The notes under the pieces: generated by a model
Seen by the model: the letters and a program-made list of their open reading frames with translations, nothing else
Databases searched by the model: none
What the model was told of the DNA's origin: nothing
Virus record (IMG/VR): IMGVR_UViG_3300033150_001833
Span: 1 to 59,808 of that record
Direction: 5' to 3' (one strand)
From: a virus
Taxonomy: Duplodnaviria; Caudoviricetes
DNA length: 59,808 nt
Position numbers and translations under genes: made by a program
Part shown: positions 55,604-59,808 of the stretch, one piece after another
How the letters are laid out: each line of letters starts with the position of its first letter
Position numbering within the stretch: the first letter of the stretch is position 1

Positions 55604-55974
55604 TGGTGACGGCCTGTTATATCTGATATCGGGTTTTCCGATAACCTTATTAGTAATGGTTACTATTAGCATATCAGTATTATTACGTTCTGTAACCGAC
55701 ACGGGATAGGTAAAAACGCAATCATTTCAAGGACTTACGGGCTAATAATTAAAGTAACACTTCACTGGGTGCCCTCACTGGATATGCTGCGCAAGTATCT
55801 GTAATTATTGAATAAATATAATTGACCTCCCCCCTGCCCGATTCTTAGACCTTCCCCCCCCTGTAATTTGGCTGGTGGGTCCTGCCCGCAAGTTTTTTGC
55901 ACTTTTTCCGGCGTGAAAGCTCCTTTTTTTATAAACTCCTTGACTTAATAACAATTTACATGTTATTTTTAATT

Positions 55975-56507
55975 ATGGGAAAAAACATAGTCCGAAAACC
56001 CTGATACAGGATGCCAAAATTTGGGATAAACTTCGCAAATGTAACGGCATTGATTGTCGTTTTGCCTCGATATGCCCTCACAGATGCGCCAAGACAATTC
56101 CCCAACCGGGGGCGGTGTGTCTTGTGGAGAGTCATTATATTACTGCCAATCTTGACCCCATGTTAAAATTAATTGACCGATCGAAAGATCCGTTTGTAAT
56201 GCAATGGATTGGGATGCACTTAGTTCCTTTATATTTAGATTTGGTTCAACTAAAATTAGAAAAACTATTATTAGAAGAAATAGTGTATAAGGACGGGAAA
56301 GGTCAGATCAGAGTTCATCCAATTTTTGATGAAATAAGGAAGACCCACAGGGAGATTTTTACCGTGTGGAAGACCTCCGGCCTACGCGCAATAGCGGATT
56401 CATGCGGTTTTTTTAAACCTCCTGTTGATTTAAGTTTAGATTTCGGTGATTCTGATAGTTATGAAGAAATGCAGGGGGACTTCGATAATTATGATGGCGA
56501 ATCATAA
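55975..56507 (+). CDS. Putative terminase small subunit (needs -1 shift near start, or starts at 56115)
   Basis: Upstream of TerL; YKDGKGQIRVHPI motif; frame open from 55944 with a Cys-rich N-terminus. Confidence 0.55.
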
Positions 56508-56711
56508 ATGTTATCAGGGAAAATTCTAAATATAAAATGGGCAGGCATGTGGCATGTGCAAATAGAGGGTGTAAGAAAGGTTTTTAATACTGAGTATGCC
56601 ATGAATACATGGTTGTGTTATATTTTTAAGAAGGTCAAAGACCCTGAGAAGAAAAAACTATTATCAAGAGACATGTCTTTAATAATAAAGAATGAAGAGA
56701 AAACCGAATAA
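56508..56711 (+). CDS. Hypothetical protein
   Basis: Coupled to neighbours. Confidence 0.55.
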   Translation: MLSGKILNIKWAGMWHVQIEGVRKVFNTEYAMNTWLCYIFKKVKDPEKKKLLSRDMSLIIKNEEKTE

Positions 56712-58632
56712 ATATATTGGTTACCGCAAGGGCGGAGATGGGTTTATAAAATGGGCCGAGGATAATGTGTGGGTTTCTATCTATCCTGTTGGTCGTGAAT
56801 TTTCCGTATGGGTGCCACTTGGGTCTGAGGGCAATGGAAATATATGCTCAAAAACCAATGAGTCATACCATACTATGTGGGTTAAAGTACACCCCGAGAC
56901 CGGCAGGTCGTATAGTGGGATGTGGAAGAATCAAAAAGCGGTTTTACGCCAGGCTCTTGAAATGAATGCTGGTAAGTTTCGATATCGGCTTATAATTTTT
57001 TGTTGGCCGAGAGGCGAGGGAAAGTCATTATTAGCGGTATTATTGCAATTATGGAAGTGGTTTTGTTGGCCTCGGCAAGACATTAAGTTTTGCGCTAATA
57101 GTAAAGATCAGACAGATCATGCACATCTAAGCATCGCAAAGGAAATAATTTTAAATTCACCGAACCTGTTAAAAATAGTTGGGAAAAAAAATATTTTAGA
57201 ACATGAGATACGGAGGCGCAACAATTATGGGCATCTTGTGAGCAAGATTGAAATTATAACTACGTCGAGCGGTTTATTTTCTAATATTAATGGATATGCA
57301 TTTTCTGAAATATTTGAATTAAAGAACAAGATATTTTGGGAAAAGGTTGATGGAAACATTAGAAACATTCCTAACGCATTTGGGGTATTAGATTCAACAG
57401 TGTCGTCGAAAGATCATTTATTATATACACTGTATGACGGATTTATGAAGGGCGCTGATCCCTTAACTTTTTTTTCATATCGGTGCAGCGCTGGATTGGA
57501 TTATAAGGATTTTTGGCACCCGAATCAGACCCAAGCCCAGTTAGATTCGTACAAGGCTAAGCAACCGCTAACGTACGCCAAACAATTTAAGAATGTGTGG
57601 TCCGCTGGTGGCGAAAGAATTTTTTCAGCCGAGCAGGTTGATGCAGTGAATTATATTGGTGCAGAGGGGACTGTGAATCATAGTCGTGTTATTGAATTAA
57701 TACAGCGCAAATCTCAGATTATTGATAGTAAAGATAATTTTAGTAAGGATGGCGCCAGGGGGTTATTTGTAGATCACTCCATGGAATTAGAGCAGATAGA
57801 TTCGTTATTATGGTCTGTGGATGATGTTTACCAATTAGCGTTAACACATACGGGGTCTGTAATGGCTTCGAGCAATGCACTGGATATTTTGGGAGATATG
57901 TTTGATACTGAGTGGGCTGTGATTGCTGGTGTTGATAGGGCGCAGCCATTTAAGAAAAGAACCGGGGCAAGAACCATATATATAGTTTTGGCAAAGGGTT
58001 TGCCGGGTAGTCGGAGTAACCCGGATATTGGGATACACATCGCTGATGACTCAAGCAGCGACAATGTTAAAGGTTCTGAATATATGATTCGTGGTCCGGC
58101 ATATGTATATTTTTATTTACATGTTGCGGATATTATTGATCATTCATTAGAGGGGTTAAAGGCTGAAATTTTAATGACCCATGATGAATTTGGTGGGATT
58201 GACAGTATTGGTTCTGAGTCGTGGGGTGTATTTGATATGGCGGCATGGGCGGAGACGTTGGATATAAAAACAAATTTATGGGTTCCGACTTATGCGAGGC
58301 AGTTGGGAGCATTCACAGAATTGTTTACTTTGGTTGACGACGGTCGGATAAAAAGTCCGACTGTTTTTATTCCTGGAGCGAGGGGCGACGATATTTTAAT
58401 TGAGGAATTGCGTTATTTTGATCACGATGAGGATATTCGATGGTTTGGTAGTCCAGAAAAAAACGCGAGGCAGGGAGTACAAGACGATGTGATGTATGCT
58501 TCTGGGTGGGCGATCTATGGTGGTAGGGAATTAACGGTTCACGATTTCAGACCGAGGATAAAAAATTTATTTTTAGGCACTATTATTCAGCCAGATGGTT
58601 TATTAGGTAATTATTTTGTTGACATAAAATAA
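56692..58632 (+). CDS. Terminase large subunit
   Basis: Walker A PRGEGKS, ANSKDQ, nuclease AGVD...QDDVMYA. Confidence 0.88.
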   Translation: MKRKPNKYIGYRKGGDGFIKWAEDNVWVSIYPVGREFSVWVPLGSEGNGNICSKTNESYHTMWVKVHPETGRSYSGMWKNQKAVLRQALEMNAGKFRYRLIIFCWPRGEGKSLLAVLLQLWKWFCWPRQDIKFCANSKDQTDHAHLSIAKEIILNSPNLLKIVGKKNILEHEIRRRNNYGHLVSKIEIITTSSGLFSNINGYAFSEIFELKNKIFWEKVDGNIRNIPNAFGVLDSTVSSKDHLLYTLYDGFMKGADPLTFFSYRCSAGLDYKDFWHPNQTQAQLDSYKAKQPLTYAKQFKNVWSAGGERIFSAEQVDAVNYIGAEGTVNHSRVIELIQRKSQIIDSKDNFSKDGARGLFVDHSMELEQIDSLLWSVDDVYQLALTHTGSVMASSNALDILGDMFDTEWAVIAGVDRAQPFKKRTGARTIYIVLAKGLPGSRSNPDIGIHIADDSSSDNVKGSEYMIRGPAYVYFYLHVADIIDHSLEGLKAEILMTHDEFGGIDSIGSESWGVFDMAAWAETLDIKTNLWVPTYARQLGAFTELFTLVDDGRIKSPTVFIPGARGDDILIEELRYFDHDEDIRWFGSPEKNARQGVQDDVMYASGWAIYGGRELTVHDFRPRIKNLFLGTIIQPDGLLGNYFVDIK

Positions 58633-58713
58633 TTGGCATGGTATTTTTTAATAAAATTTATTTTAATGATACAAGATTGACACCATGCCCCCACAGCTCC
58701 GGTGTTTCCGAGG

Positions 58714-58746
58714 AAAGTCGAGTCTCGCTGAGGCTCGACTTTTTTT
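58714..58746 (+). terminator. Rho-independent terminator
   Basis: AAAGTCGAGTCTC-GCT-GAGGCTCGACTTT + T run. Confidence 0.75.
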
Positions 58747-58765
58747 GTTAATGAGTAGAGGTATA

Positions 58766-59808
58766 ATGGATTTTAAAGATATTCAGGAAAAAATTTTAGC
58801 GATTCCGGATGAAGTATTTATGCACTTACAGGCTTCGATGCCGTGGCAGCCGGGTGTTTTGTATGATTATACTAAAACCGACGTTGATGGTTGTCCGGCC
58901 GGTAGTTCTGATATTAAAGAGGAAGATTCTGTTGATCGGGAATATTTACAGAATGAGTGTTGGAGATTATTTAACAAAAATCCGCAGGTAAGGACATCTG
59001 TTCGTGGCGTTGCCGGTAGAATAACAGGCATGGGGTTTGAACCTACCTCTGAAATAATTAAAATTCAGGATGTTTTAAGAGAAATTGAGTATGATCCAAG
59101 GAACAGATTATATAATTATTGGTCAAAATATGTTGTTAGGGCATTAATTGAGGGTGAGTTGTTTTTAATTCTTACTTGTCACAAAGACGGTTTTATAGAA
59201 GTTGATTTTTTAGACCCGAGTCAGATAGACACATCCAAGGGTGATGAATCTTCGGGTATTATTTTTCATCCTACCAAGAAATTATTTCCACTATTTTATT
59301 GTATTCGGTCAAATTCCGTTACTCAGCAAATTCCGAGTATTAACATCGCCAGATATCCTGATTTGTTACAATTACTATCTGATAATCAATGGTACCGTAA
59401 AGAAGAAACGGCTCAGTCCCGGAGCGATGATATAAAATTCAAGAAAATTGGAGGGTTTTATCGGTTTATTGTTATGTGGGACCGCGGTTTTATGACTCGA
59501 AGAACAGTAAGTTATTTAAGAACTGTTTTAGAGTGGTTAAATCATTATGAATTATTAAAAAAATTTGAGATTGATCATAAAAAATCATGCGGGGCATATG
59601 CCTGGGAGATATCGTTTGAGGATGTGAAATCATTCAAACTATGGGTTAGTATGACTGACGATGAGCGGAAAAAAACTGCTTTGATGCAGCCGATAATTCC
59701 AGGGAGCAAGATATTTTTACCTCCGGGGATGACCCTAACAGCCAAAAGCCCGAACTTACCGAAAATAAGTGGGCAGGACACGGATGTGATGGAGATGGCT
59801 GTGTCTGG
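58766..59808 (+). CDS. Portal protein (3'-truncated by window; not in ORF track)
   Basis: Reading frame from ATG58766 appears to run to the window end; follows TerL; NPQVRTSV...GMGF...IEGELFL. Confidence 0.8.
   Translation, partial: MDFKDIQEKILAIPDEVFMHLQASMPWQPGVLYDYTKTDVDGCPAGSSDIKEEDSVDREYLQNECWRLFNKNPQVRTSVRGVAGRITGMGFEPTSEIIKIQDVLREIEYDPRNRLYNYWSKYVVRALIEGELFLILTCHKDGFIEVDFLDPSQIDTSKGDESSGIIFHPTKKLFPLFYCIRSNSVTQQIPSINIARYPDLLQLLSDNQWYRKEETAQSRSDDIKFKKIGGFYRFIVMWDRGFMTRRTVSYLRTVLEWLNHYELLKKFEIDHKKSCGAYAWEISFEDVKSFKLWVSMTDDERKKTALMQPIIPGSKIFLPPGMTLTAKSPNLPKISGQDTDVMEMAVS

Noticed and set aside
53922-55709. ORFs 53922-54197 and 55401-55709
   Set aside because: They are translations of tandem repeats without an RBS

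Overview
This window is a large part of a tailed dsDNA phage or prophage genome. Positions 1-19.1 kb (+) hold a glycosyl/methyltransferase cluster and a long-tail module: tail tube, frameshifted chaperone, tape measure, duplicated distal-tail-like genes, DUF2163/BR0599-like hub, NlpC/P60 and a split tail-tip protein. Positions 19-53 kb (mostly -) hold replication and early genes: intein-containing UvrD, RepB-type primase, SNF2 helicase, DnaQ-like exonuclease, VRR-NUC, a tyrosine recombinase, beta-clamp, RadC and ParB. Positions 54-59.8 kb (+) hold a sigma-region-4 HTH gene, terminases and the start of the portal. The main finding is at about 23.46-35.14 kb, where the small accessory genes are separated by about 30 integron attC-like sites. 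These sites have RYYYAAC...GTTRRRY ends, imperfect inverted arms with 2-3 extra bases on the left arm, a uniform minus-strand orientation and complementary cassette ends. This looks like a phage-borne integron cassette array with no IntI in the window. Its cargo includes an MT-A70 methyltransferase, a Lar-like protein, an RNA ligase, nucleotide hydrolases and several non-coding structured cassettes, one of them tRNA-like. Other observations are a recurring hairpin+SD leader in the early region, modular tail genes, a possible ~650-nt structured RNA and several frameshifts caused by tandem duplications (decay or assembly error). All family assignments come from motif recognition by eye; no searches were run.
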